Translations under genes and position numbers: made by a program
Notes under the pieces: model-generated
The model's database searches: none
Told to the model about the DNA's origin: nothing
The model's input: the letters and a program-made list of their open reading frames with translations, nothing else
Shown here: in pieces, positions 1 through 8,898 of the stretch
How positions within the stretch are numbered: position 1 is the stretch's first letter
How the letters are laid out: every line of letters starts with the position of its first letter
Source: Desulfatiglandales bacterium
GTDB taxonomy: Bacteria; Desulfobacterota; DSM-4660; Desulfatiglandales; Desulfatiglandaceae
Direction: 5' to 3'
Assembly (NCBI GenBank): GCA_963666345.1
Contig: OY762721.1
Location: 3,392,001 to 3,456,000 of the forward strand
DNA length: 64,000 nucleotides

Positions 1-351
1 GGAGTATGCGGGGCCTTCTGGGTGAGTAATACCGCCGCTTTGAGCCCGGAGCATTTTCCATGGTTCTGGTCTCTATGGTTGGTGGGTGTTATCTTGATCG
101 GAGGAGTCGGTTCAATTCATGGGGCGATTTTCGGGTCGATATTCATGGTAGTAATCATGGAGCTGTTACAGTTGGCGGTAATTCCCCTTTCCGAGTACTT
201 TCCCAAGTTGCTTATTGATTTCGCCTACATCAAGGACATGGCCTTTGGTCTGGCAATCTGTGCGTTTCTCATCTATGAGCCTAACGGCATTGCCTACCGC
301 TGGTGGCAGGCCAAGAATTATTTTAACCTGTGGCCATTTTCCTATAAGTAG
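1..351 (+). CDS. Branched-chain amino acid-type ABC transporter permease (LivM-like), C-terminal part, runs off window start
   Basis: Hydrophobic ORF with ILIGGVGSIHGAIFG and YEPNG motifs typical of LivM; followed by SBP and ATPase genes. Confidence 0.85.
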   Translation, partial: GVCGAFWVSNTAALSPEHFPWFWSLWLVGVILIGGVGSIHGAIFGSIFMVVIMELLQLAVIPLSEYFPKLLIDFAYIKDMAFGLAICAFLIYEPNGIAYRWWQAKNYFNLWPFSYK

Positions 352-444
352 AAAGGAGGTGAGGAGGGTTCATTTATCTTTCGGATCTTTCGGTTGGAGG
401 TGGAAGTCAACTTCGTTTTTCATGAGAGCAAAGGGGGAGAACCA

Positions 445-1689
445 ATGAAAAAGAGCATTTTTCTGAAGCTTTTATCACTTTTTGCTGTAGTAGCGTTTGT
501 GGCCTGTTTCCCCGCGATAGGAGCCGCAAAACAGATAAAGGTCGGTGGAATTATGGATACCACCGGTGCTACTTCAGATGTGGGAAAGGATTATGCCATC
601 GGTATGGCGGAGGCGTTCAAATACATCAATGAGCAGGGTGGAGTGAACGGAAAGAAGGTCAAATATACATGGTTTGACTACGGATACCGTATCCCTGAGG
701 CCATTACAAAGTACAAACTTGTGAAAAGGCTCAAATGTGTCGCCATCATGGGATGGGGCACAGGTGATACCGAGGCGCTTTCGCCCACCATCAACAAGGA
801 CAAGATACCTTACGTGTCTGCTTCCTATTCAGCCCATTTGACGGATCCGAAGAAAACTCCTTACAATCTTTTCTTCTCATCTGATTATTCCACCAACGCG
901 AGGGCCTGCATTACAGCCTGGTTTGACAAAAAATGGCCCAAGCACAAGGATTTCGGGAAGAGGAAGCCTAGGGTTGCATGCTGCTATATGTTTCCGTCTC
1001 CCTATGCCAGTGCCCCCATAAAAGCCATAAAGGACCAGGCAACGCTCCTCGGTTTCGAGGTCGGTGATGATCAGGATGTGTCCCTTTTCGCGCTCGACAC
1101 AAAGAGTCAGGTCATGGCACTCAAGAAGTTTAAACCTGATCTCGTATGGCACGGTAACACCACGATGTCGGTTTCAGCAACAATCAGGGACGCCTATGCG
1201 CTGGAATTGGGTGCCAGTCATATAGTCAATAACTGGGGGATCGACGAAAACCTTCCCCGTCTGGCCGGAGAGGCAGCGGAAGGTGTGATGGGAGCGACTC
1301 CCTGCGCATTTTACGGTCAGGACTACAAGAATATGGATGTCGTTGTCAAGACCGCCAAGAAATACAATCCAGGTATCCCGCAAGAGAAACGGCTCAACAG
1401 GACCATTCAGGCCTGGGGTGACGCTCTTCTTTTATGGGAGGCCATGAAACGGGCCGACAAGGCCGGAGATCTTTCAGGCCCGGGAATCATGAAAAAGGGT
1501 TTTGAGACGATGAGAAATTTTGAAATCGGCCTGGGCGCTTCACCCATCTCTTTTTCAGCCGGGGATCACAGACCGACCACGGGATGCCTCGTGCAGGAGT
1601 GGAAAAACGGCAAATTCCAGGAAGTCGAAAGAGTCAATCTCAAGGAGCGTTGGCCGGATAAGTGGGAAAAAGAATGGCTTGGATGGTAA
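445..1689 (+). CDS. Liv-family (type I) ABC transporter substrate-binding protein
   Basis: Signal peptide, IKVGGIMDTTGATSDVG and INEQGGVNG motifs; ATG at 445 follows GGGGAG RBS. Confidence 0.9.
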   Translation: MKKSIFLKLLSLFAVVAFVACFPAIGAAKQIKVGGIMDTTGATSDVGKDYAIGMAEAFKYINEQGGVNGKKVKYTWFDYGYRIPEAITKYKLVKRLKCVAIMGWGTGDTEALSPTINKDKIPYVSASYSAHLTDPKKTPYNLFFSSDYSTNARACITAWFDKKWPKHKDFGKRKPRVACCYMFPSPYASAPIKAIKDQATLLGFEVGDDQDVSLFALDTKSQVMALKKFKPDLVWHGNTTMSVSATIRDAYALELGASHIVNNWGIDENLPRLAGEAAEGVMGATPCAFYGQDYKNMDVVVKTAKKYNPGIPQEKRLNRTIQAWGDALLLWEAMKRADKAGDLSGPGIMKKGFETMRNFEIGLGASPISFSAGDHRPTTGCLVQEWKNGKFQEVERVNLKERWPDKWEKEWLGW

Positions 1690-1721
1690 AGAACGCTCAT
1701 TTTCATCCTCGGAGGTAAGTC

Positions 1722-2531
1722 TTGGATAGCTCAGAGTCTATTCTTAAATTGAATAACATAGAGGTCAAGTACCACGAAGTCATCCTGGTACTTAAAGGGG
1801 TGTCGATAGAGGTTCCCAGGGGAGGTATAGCAGCCCTTCTGGGGGCCAACGGCGCCGGCAAAAGCACCACGCTTAAGGCGATTTCAGGCCTTTTAAAGAC
1901 CGAAGACGGTGAGGTCACCGACGGCGCAATCGAGTATGAGGGCCGTCACATTCATCACGCCAAGGCCGCTGATATCGCGAAGATGGGGATAGTGCAGGTT
2001 ATAGAGGGAAGGAGGGTCTTCGAGCATCTTACGGTTGAAGAAAACCTGAAGGTCGGAGCCCACCTCCGCAAAACCGGAACAGTCAAGGAGGGTCTTGAAC
2101 TCGTGTATCACTATTTCCCCCGACTACGCGAAAAAAGAAACGAAGTAGCGGGTTTTGTCAGCGGTGGCGAGCAGCAGATGACCGTGGTCGGAAGGGCGCT
2201 TATGACCGAGCCCAAGCTGGTGCTGCTGGATGAGCCTTCCATGGGACTTGCACCCATGCTTATTCATGAAATCTTTAATATCATAACCAAGCTGAACCGC
2301 GAAGAAAAAATTTCTATCCTCCTGGTTGAACAGAATGCCAAGCTGGCTTTGAATGTGGCCCCCTATGCGTATGTGATGGAGACCGGAAGAATCGTCATGG
2401 ATGATACGGCAGAGACCTTGCGAGAAAACGAAGATATTAAGGATTTTTATCTGGGCCTTGGAGACAAGGGTGGAAAAAAGAGCTTTCGTGAAGTCAAACA
2501 CTATAAGCGAAGAAAAAGGTGGTTGAGTTAG
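1722..2531 (+). CDS. ABC transporter ATP-binding protein (LivF-like)
   Basis: Walker A GANGAGKST, signature VSGGEQQM, LLDEPSMGL. Confidence 0.92.
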   Translation: MDSSESILKLNNIEVKYHEVILVLKGVSIEVPRGGIAALLGANGAGKSTTLKAISGLLKTEDGEVTDGAIEYEGRHIHHAKAADIAKMGIVQVIEGRRVFEHLTVEENLKVGAHLRKTGTVKEGLELVYHYFPRLREKRNEVAGFVSGGEQQMTVVGRALMTEPKLVLLDEPSMGLAPMLIHEIFNIITKLNREEKISILLVEQNAKLALNVAPYAYVMETGRIVMDDTAETLRENEDIKDFYLGLGDKGGKKSFREVKHYKRRKRWLS

Positions 2532-2623
2532 CAACGAAATCTCGCCATATCGGATTTCAAAACCAATCTTTTTTGCCGGAATATTTTGTTTTGAAGTCCG
2601 AAATCGAAAAGGGAGGTCCTATT

Positions 2624-3223
2624 ATGAGCAAGAAACTGGCCATTCTGACCGTGCTGTTTTTCGGCATGGGCATTATTCTCACATCCTGCGTCGGAATGCA
2701 GGTGAAGCCCACTTCAGACAATTTTAAAACCCCTCAAGTAGCCCTTGACTCCGTGCAATTGTCTTATTATGAGGGCTTTTGGTACTATGGCGGAAAAACC
2801 GAAACCGCTATGGGCAAAGCGCCCAAGGGAGGCGGATCGTCACCCGTAACGCTGGACTTTGTATTTGAAATAACCAATCCCAATGAATATCCCGTAAGCC
2901 TTGATTCTTCACAGTTCTTCCTGTTCTTTGATAATTATGAGCTGCGAGTTGTAAATGATGACAATCAGATGTGGATTCCTGCGGGAAAGACTAATTACAA
3001 GGTCCTTCATGTGACCCTTACCCCATTTTCAACTTATGTCAAGTTCCTGTTGGCAAGCAAGGAACTGGCGTTAAAGAGAGGCGATAAGCCCTGGGATAAG
3101 ATAACACAGTGGTGGACCGGACTCCCGGACATGTCCTTCCCCATTGATTTGAAAGACGGCAATTTCACCTTTTCAGCTGACGGGGTGGTAAAAGTCGTGC
3201 CCGTAAACATTACATATCCCTAA
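2624..3223 (+). CDS. Lipoprotein, probable LEA_2/WHy-like fold
   Basis: Lipobox ILTSC after a signal peptide; FEITNPNEYPVSL motif; GGAGG RBS before ATG 2624. Confidence 0.6.
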   Translation: MSKKLAILTVLFFGMGIILTSCVGMQVKPTSDNFKTPQVALDSVQLSYYEGFWYYGGKTETAMGKAPKGGGSSPVTLDFVFEITNPNEYPVSLDSSQFFLFFDNYELRVVNDDNQMWIPAGKTNYKVLHVTLTPFSTYVKFLLASKELALKRGDKPWDKITQWWTGLPDMSFPIDLKDGNFTFSADGVVKVVPVNITYP

Positions 3224-3276
3224 CTGGACAGAGTCGGGGCCGGTGGGGATTCGCCCGGCCCCGCAAAAAAAAAGGA

Positions 3277-4809
3277 ATGAGAAAAACCATGGGACTGTAT
3301 GATTTCACCTTTTATGATCTTGTGGAGCGTAATGCCTTTTCTTTCGGGAAGCAGGATGCCTGGTTCGATGTAGAAGACGACAGGACTATGAGCTTTTCGC
3401 AGTACAAGCAATCCGTTGACAGACTTGCGAACGGTTTGCGGGCCTCAGGTGTTGGAAAGGGTGATCGAATAGGAGTCCTGGGCAAAAACTGTGCTGAATA
3501 TTTCCTCATATTCGGCGCTGCAGCGGCCCTTGGATCAATCGTTGTTCCGGTGAACTGGAGGCTCTCCGCCGAAGAGGTACAGTTCAATCTGAATGACTGC
3601 GGGTGCAAGGCGGTTTTTGTCGGGGATGAGTATCAGGAGATGGTTAACGGCCTGAAAGGTTGGCTAGGCACGGTTGAAAACTATTTCAACCTGGGCGGAT
3701 CAGGTGGTTCATTCTCCGATTTTGACTCACTCATGCAAAAGGGTGATAATTTCACGCCGGAAGAGGTATCGAGTGACGACGGTTTTGTCATAATCCACAC
3801 CGCGGCCGTGGCGGGTAGACCCAGGGGGGCGCTTCTAAGCCATGGAAACGTGCTTTGCGCTGACACGCATTTTGATTATTTTTTCTCACTTACCAGCGAG
3901 GATGTACATCTGAGTTTCCTGCCCCTTTTTCATGTAGGCGGGCTTTTCATGTCCACGGCAAGTTTCCATGCGGGTGCTCTCAACGTTAATGTAACCAAGT
4001 TTGATGCTGAAAAGGCGGTTCAACTGATTGAGGAAAAGAGGATATCGTTTATGATGGATTTCTCACCCATCCTTTCCTCGATACTTGAGGCGCATGAAAA
4101 AAGCGGCAAAGATATCTGTTCTCTCAGGGCCGTTACTGGCCTTGAGACCCCTGAGACCATCGAGAAGTATCAGGAGGTCACGGGAGGTGTTTTCTGGTCC
4201 ATGTACGGACAGACAGAGACCTCATGCCTTGCCTCCTTCAGCCGATATAACGATAGACCCGGTTCGGCCGGAAGGATGCTTCCGCTCGCGCAGGTGAGAC
4301 TTTTCGATGATTATGATAAACCGGTGGAGATGGGACAGGTCGGGGAGATCTGTATGAAAGGTCCGATGGTCTTCAAGGGCTATTGGAACCTGGAAGAAGA
4401 CACCTCTCACACCTTTCGTGAAGGATGGCACCATACGGGTGACATGGGCAGGTTCGACGAGGACGGATTCCTCTGGTATGCAGGAAGAAAAGCAGAAAAG
4501 GAATTGATCAAGCCCGGTGGAGAAAACGTCTATCCCGCAGAGGTTGAAAAGGTCATACTGAAACACCCGGCAGTTGAGCAGACCGTGGTTTTCGGAGTGC
4601 CTGACCCCAAGTGGAAAGAGGGTATAAAGGCGGTGTGTGTTCTGAAGGAGGGGGAAAAACTGGAGGCAAAGGAGCTGATGGACTTTGTCGGGGAGAGGAT
4701 CGCAAGATTTAAAAGGCCTCAATATGTTGAATTCGTGGAAAAACTCCCTCTTCTTGAAGACGGCGGCGTGGACAGGGCCAAGATCAAGGAGATTTACGGG
4801 CAGTCCTAG
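3277..4809 (+). CDS. AMP-dependent acyl-CoA synthetase/ligase
   Basis: HTAAVAGRPRG (variant A3 loop), YGQTE, HTGDMG, IKPGGENVYPAEVE. Confidence 0.92.
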   Translation: MRKTMGLYDFTFYDLVERNAFSFGKQDAWFDVEDDRTMSFSQYKQSVDRLANGLRASGVGKGDRIGVLGKNCAEYFLIFGAAAALGSIVVPVNWRLSAEEVQFNLNDCGCKAVFVGDEYQEMVNGLKGWLGTVENYFNLGGSGGSFSDFDSLMQKGDNFTPEEVSSDDGFVIIHTAAVAGRPRGALLSHGNVLCADTHFDYFFSLTSEDVHLSFLPLFHVGGLFMSTASFHAGALNVNVTKFDAEKAVQLIEEKRISFMMDFSPILSSILEAHEKSGKDICSLRAVTGLETPETIEKYQEVTGGVFWSMYGQTETSCLASFSRYNDRPGSAGRMLPLAQVRLFDDYDKPVEMGQVGEICMKGPMVFKGYWNLEEDTSHTFREGWHHTGDMGRFDEDGFLWYAGRKAEKELIKPGGENVYPAEVEKVILKHPAVEQTVVFGVPDPKWKEGIKAVCVLKEGEKLEAKELMDFVGERIARFKRPQYVEFVEKLPLLEDGGVDRAKIKEIYGQS

Positions 4810-4831
4810 CATATAGATCCTACTTTTACAG

Positions 4832-4864
4832 AAAAAAGCCCCTTAACTTAAAGGGGCTTTTTTT
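4832..4864. terminator. Bidirectional intrinsic terminator
   Basis: AAAAAAGCCCC-TTAACTTAAA-GGGGCTTTTTTT, with T-runs on both strands, between convergent units. Confidence 0.8.
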
Positions 4865-4870
4865 GCAGAC

Positions 4871-4957
4871 CTACGCTGCGGCCCCGGCACCTGCGGTCGT
4901 GCGTAAGGCAGGCAGAGGTATGGGAAAAAGGGTGGAGGTTTTATTCCTTTCCCGCAT
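4871..4957 (-). CDS. Conserved 28-aa small ORF MRERNKTSTLFPIPLPALRTTAGAGAAA (copy 1 of a repeated unit; may instead be an sRNA)
   Basis: AAAGG RBS and TATAAT upstream; paralogous copy at 33948-34049 with several synonymous differences. Confidence 0.45.
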   Translation of the reverse strand: MRERNKTSTLFPIPLPALRTTAGAGAAA

Positions 4958-5250
4958 TTCACGCCTTTCCCTCCCAATTATAACCAATAACAAATAAGAC
5001 AGACCCTGTTTTTAGCCTGTTCAAAGATCCGGCGGTCTTAAATATTGACAAGAGGGTGGGCAGGAGAATAGATGTGAGATGGTTGCTTTCCCGATATTAC
5101 GCCAATGATATCGTATAATGCCAATATGCCGGGGTGAACGGGTTTTTTTGAAAGTCGGGAAAGATATCGATTCTCTGTGAACCATACACACTCAAGTCTC
5201 CCTTAAGGGCCTGAAGCTGTGGAAAGGATGAAAGGATATCAGAGCCAGGC

Positions 5251-6000
5251 ATGGAACCAACAATTTCCCCCGCGATAATCATGCGAACCAGAGAACTTGG
5301 AGAAAGCGATCTCCTTGTGAACTTTTTTACCAGGGACATGGGGCTGCTAAGGGGTATTGCCAAGGGGGCCAAAAGGAGCAAACACAGGTTTTCCAATTGC
5401 CTGGATCTGTTCTGCCTTGCCAGTGTCGAATATGGGAAGAAGAGGGTGCAGAATCTCTATATGCTCAATTCCTGCAAATTGATAGACTCATTTTTCGGCC
5501 TCAGATCCGATTTTTCCGCCCTTTGTCTTGCAAGTTACATGGTAGAGCTGACCGAGGTCCTGTTTCCCGCCCAGATCTCGGAGAGCAGGATCTTTGACCT
5601 GCTGAAGGATTCTCTTTCGGCCCTTGACAGGGGTGTGGAGCCGGGGAGGCTGAGACTGTTTTTCGAGGCGAGGGCAATGGCCCTGGGTGGATATGAAATA
5701 GAACTATCCAAATGCTGTGACTGCGGTAGATCTTACAGGGGCGAGGGAAGGGCGGTCATTAACAGGGAAAAAGGGGGGCTGTCATGCCTGGGGTGCAGGA
5801 AAGAATCGGTTTCATTTCCAGGTATGGACCCTTCAAGTGTAAAGATACTGAAGACCCTCGCATGTAACGGCGAAGGCCTTCCGGATCTGGAGGCTTTAAG
5901 CTCCGAAAACACAAAGGAGATAGCGTGTGCACTCAGGATCCATATCGACTACTGGCTGGGAAGGAGATTAAAAACCTCCCGTTACATGGATGAGTTCTGA
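5251..6000 (+). CDS. recO: DNA repair protein RecO
   Basis: ELGESDLLVNFFTRDMG...IAKGAKRSK N-terminal OB fold; CCDCG...CLGC zinc motif. Confidence 0.9.
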   Translation: MEPTISPAIIMRTRELGESDLLVNFFTRDMGLLRGIAKGAKRSKHRFSNCLDLFCLASVEYGKKRVQNLYMLNSCKLIDSFFGLRSDFSALCLASYMVELTEVLFPAQISESRIFDLLKDSLSALDRGVEPGRLRLFFEARAMALGGYEIELSKCCDCGRSYRGEGRAVINREKGGLSCLGCRKESVSFPGMDPSSVKILKTLACNGEGLPDLEALSSENTKEIACALRIHIDYWLGRRLKTSRYMDEF

Positions 6001-6022
6001 AGACAGGAGATAAACCTTGCCG

Positions 6023-7276
6023 TTACAACATCTCAATGACGCAGGCCATGGAGACTCCACCACCTCCGCAGAGCGTGGCAAGGCCGAGATTTCCCCCCCT
6101 TTTTTTCATCGCATGGATCAGGGTGACTATTATTCTGCTTCCCGTTGATCCGACCGGATGACCCAACCCGATACCTGATCCGTTTACATTGGTTATTTCA
6201 CGATTAAGGCCCAGTTCTCTTTCAACACCAATGTATTGGGCCGCGAATGCTTCGTTTACCTCTGTAAGCTCAAAGTCGTCCATCTTGAAGTTCGGATTTC
6301 TTTTTAAAAGGTCCTTTACCGCGAGAACCGGGCTGAGTCCCATTACAGAGGGATGACAAGCGCCCCTTCCAAATCCTCTTATGCGGGCCAAAGGCTCAAG
6401 CCCGAGTTCCTTTGCTTTTTCCCTGGACATGATGATAAGGGCGCTGGCCCCGTCGTTTATGCCTGAAGAATTTCCTGCCGTCACCTTTCCGGTTTTGGGC
6501 AGAAAAGCGGGAGGGAGACTTCTCAGCTGCTCCATGGTCAGAGCCGGTCTGAAGTGCTCGTCCCTTTCAAAGAGCAGGGGAGGCTTGTTCCCTTTTTGAG
6601 GAATTTCAACCGGTACGATCTCCTCTTTGAAGTCGCCTTCCAAGGTCGCCCTTTCAGTATTGTTGTGACTCCTGAGCGCCACCTCATCCATCTCTTCGCG
6701 GCTTATGTCATGAAGCTGCGCGATAAACTCCGCTGTATGCCCCATTATGTAAGGCTTACCCTTAAAAAGTTCAAGCGGCATGCCTTCCTTTAAAGGGCCG
6801 TCTTCAGGGTGCGGTATAAGGTGAGACCCGCAGTGAAGGGCATGTATCATGGCGTCGACAAATACCTTGTCCTGCAGACGGCATCCCCAGCGGGCATCCG
6901 GAACGATATAGGGCACTCCCGACATCTGTTCGACTCCCCCCGCCAGTATAATATCGGCCATCTCAGACTGAATCATGGCCGCGCCTGAGATAACCGCTTC
7001 CATCCCTGAAATGCATACCCTGTTTATAGTAACCGCCGGTATATCGTCAGGTATGCCAGCGATGAGTGCCGATACCCTGGCCACGTTAAGGGCATCGACC
7101 GGTTCGATACAACAACCGAAGCGAATATCATCTATTATCCCCGGTTCAATAGAGGCGCGCCTTATGGCCTCTTTCATGACAACGCTGCCGAGTTCCGCCG
7201 CATTCAGATCCCGCAGTGAACCACCGAACGCCCCTATGGCTGTCCTGCAGGCGGAAACGATTACTACCTCTTTCAT
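6023..7276 (-). CDS. Acetyl-CoA acetyltransferase (thiolase)
   Basis: INRVCISG, NEAFA, GHPVG and LCGGGG thiolase motifs. Confidence 0.95.
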   Translation of the reverse strand: MKEVVIVSACRTAIGAFGGSLRDLNAAELGSVVMKEAIRRASIEPGIIDDIRFGCCIEPVDALNVARVSALIAGIPDDIPAVTINRVCISGMEAVISGAAMIQSEMADIILAGGVEQMSGVPYIVPDARWGCRLQDKVFVDAMIHALHCGSHLIPHPEDGPLKEGMPLELFKGKPYIMGHTAEFIAQLHDISREEMDEVALRSHNNTERATLEGDFKEEIVPVEIPQKGNKPPLLFERDEHFRPALTMEQLRSLPPAFLPKTGKVTAGNSSGINDGASALIIMSREKAKELGLEPLARIRGFGRGACHPSVMGLSPVLAVKDLLKRNPNFKMDDFELTEVNEAFAAQYIGVERELGLNREITNVNGSGIGLGHPVGSTGSRIIVTLIHAMKKRGGNLGLATLCGGGGVSMACVIEML

Positions 7277-7757
7277 GCAGCCTCCTTTCGATCTGAAGGA
7301 TTGTGAGGCTCATCTCAAAAAGACCTGACAGGGTGGTAAAACAGTTTCGTTATACTGGCCGCCGGATGGAAAAGTCCGAATTACCTTTAATCAGGATGCG
7401 GGCCGGTACCCTCAATGATTTATCTTTAATCGCAGGGGTCTTGAATCAGCGGACGGGATTTTTGCCGACCGGTTTTTTTACCAGGCATTCACCAGTATCC
7501 ACGGCAAGACGATCCTAAGAAAGGAGGAGTTCCTCTCCAGTTTGGAGATGGATCAAGAAATCGGAAATCGAGTAAACAGCCGGAATATAAAAATGCCCGG
7601 TTAATTCAATCCCTGTTACGAAAGATCGGAAAAGGGCTAAATCAAATCTGTTGTGAGCGGTTCCTTTACTCGTATTATAAGACAGTTAAGGAATAAAAAT
7701 GAATGGTACTTCATTTTAGAAAATATTTATACTCCAGAGGGAAGGGCAAGTAAAGAA

Positions 7758-7780
7758 AAAACCCGCCGTTAGGCGGGTTT
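7758..7780 (-). terminator. Intrinsic terminator downstream of the small basic protein gene
   Basis: AAACCCGCC-GTTA-GGCGGGTTT hairpin; A-run on + gives a U-tail on the - strand. Confidence 0.6.
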
Positions 7781-7823
7781 CATATATGAAGATACCCCTT
7801 GCTTTCGGGGAAAAGAAAAGGGG

Positions 7824-7964
7824 TTAAGCATTGTCCTTAGTAGACAGTTCTCTCATGATCTCGATGTTTTTCTGAAGTCGTTTCTGGTTGGCCTTGAGGT
7901 TGGCCTTGTTGGGCCTTTTCTTTCTGTTTCGGATTGCCGATGTCTTTTTACTGTTTGACGCCAT
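7824..7964 (-). CDS. 46-aa basic small protein MASNSKKTSAIRNRKKRPNKANLKANQKRLQKNIEIMRELSTKDNA
   Basis: Below the ORF-track cutoff; GGAG RBS upstream, terminator downstream, protein-like helical composition. Confidence 0.65.
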   Translation of the reverse strand: MASNSKKTSAIRNRKKRPNKANLKANQKRLQKNIEIMRELSTKDNA

Positions 7965-8061
7965 TTTTTTTCTCCGATTTAATATTTATGAATCCGTACC
8001 TTATTACTAACCTCTATTAATTTTGTCAATAACAAAAGGGAAAATATGTAAATAGGGACCT

Positions 8062-8898
8062 CTATGCATTTTCTCTTATGTAATCGACCGCGTTTCTGAA
8101 AAACCTGATGCCTTCGCCTTCGCCTGGAATTCGGCCTTTGCCTTTTTCAAAAAGTCGATCCCTGTCCCTTGTCCAGTCAGGATGATTGGTTACATGGTTG
8201 AATGCCTCAGGGTGGGGCATAAGACCGAAAATCTTTCCGCTCGGGTCGCATATGCCGGCTATATCGCCGATAGACCCATTAGGGTTGAGGGGCCATCTGC
8301 CTTCCGCTGCGTTGCCGTTTCCATCCGCGTACTGCAATGCAACCTGGTTGTTTTCAAAAAGCCGTTCGATCGTATGACCGGAGGCGTAGAATTTGCCCTC
8401 TCCATGCCTCACCGGCAGTTCGATGGAGGAGATGCCTCTTGTAAAAACGCATGGTGAATCAGGATTGATCTTGAGCCTTACCCATGTGTCTATGAAGTTT
8501 CCGGAATCGTTATAGGTTAGAGCTGTGCTGCGCTCGCCTTTGGTGCCTTGAAATCCCGGAAGGAGCCCCATGTTTACAAGGGTTTGAAACCCGTTGCAGA
8601 TCCCAAGTATGAGTTTCCCTTTTTCGATAAAGGCTTCGATCTGCTCACCCAGGTGGTTTTTCATCTTTGTCGCGAGAAGGATACCCGCTCCATGGTCATC
8701 CGCCCAGCTGAACCCTCCTCCAAAAACGAGTATGTCGTAATCCTCAAGTCTTACGGGGCTGTCGGATCCTTCAGATCTTATGAGTTCGTTGATGTGATGC
8801 CTGTGCGACTCAGCCCCGGCGGTAACCAGGGAAAAATCGGTTTCATAATCGCAATTGAGTCCATATCCTGTCAGGACGAGTGCTTTGACCTGTTTCAT
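8062..8898 (-). CDS. purQ: FGAM synthase glutaminase subunit PurQ
   Basis: GGFSWAD, GICNGFQ, HGEG, GLMPHPE motifs. Confidence 0.95.
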   Translation of the reverse strand: MKQVKALVLTGYGLNCDYETDFSLVTAGAESHRHHINELIRSEGSDSPVRLEDYDILVFGGGFSWADDHGAGILLATKMKNHLGEQIEAFIEKGKLILGICNGFQTLVNMGLLPGFQGTKGERSTALTYNDSGNFIDTWVRLKINPDSPCVFTRGISSIELPVRHGEGKFYASGHTIERLFENNQVALQYADGNGNAAEGRWPLNPNGSIGDIAGICDPSGKIFGLMPHPEAFNHVTNHPDWTRDRDRLFEKGKGRIPGEGEGIRFFRNAVDYIRENA

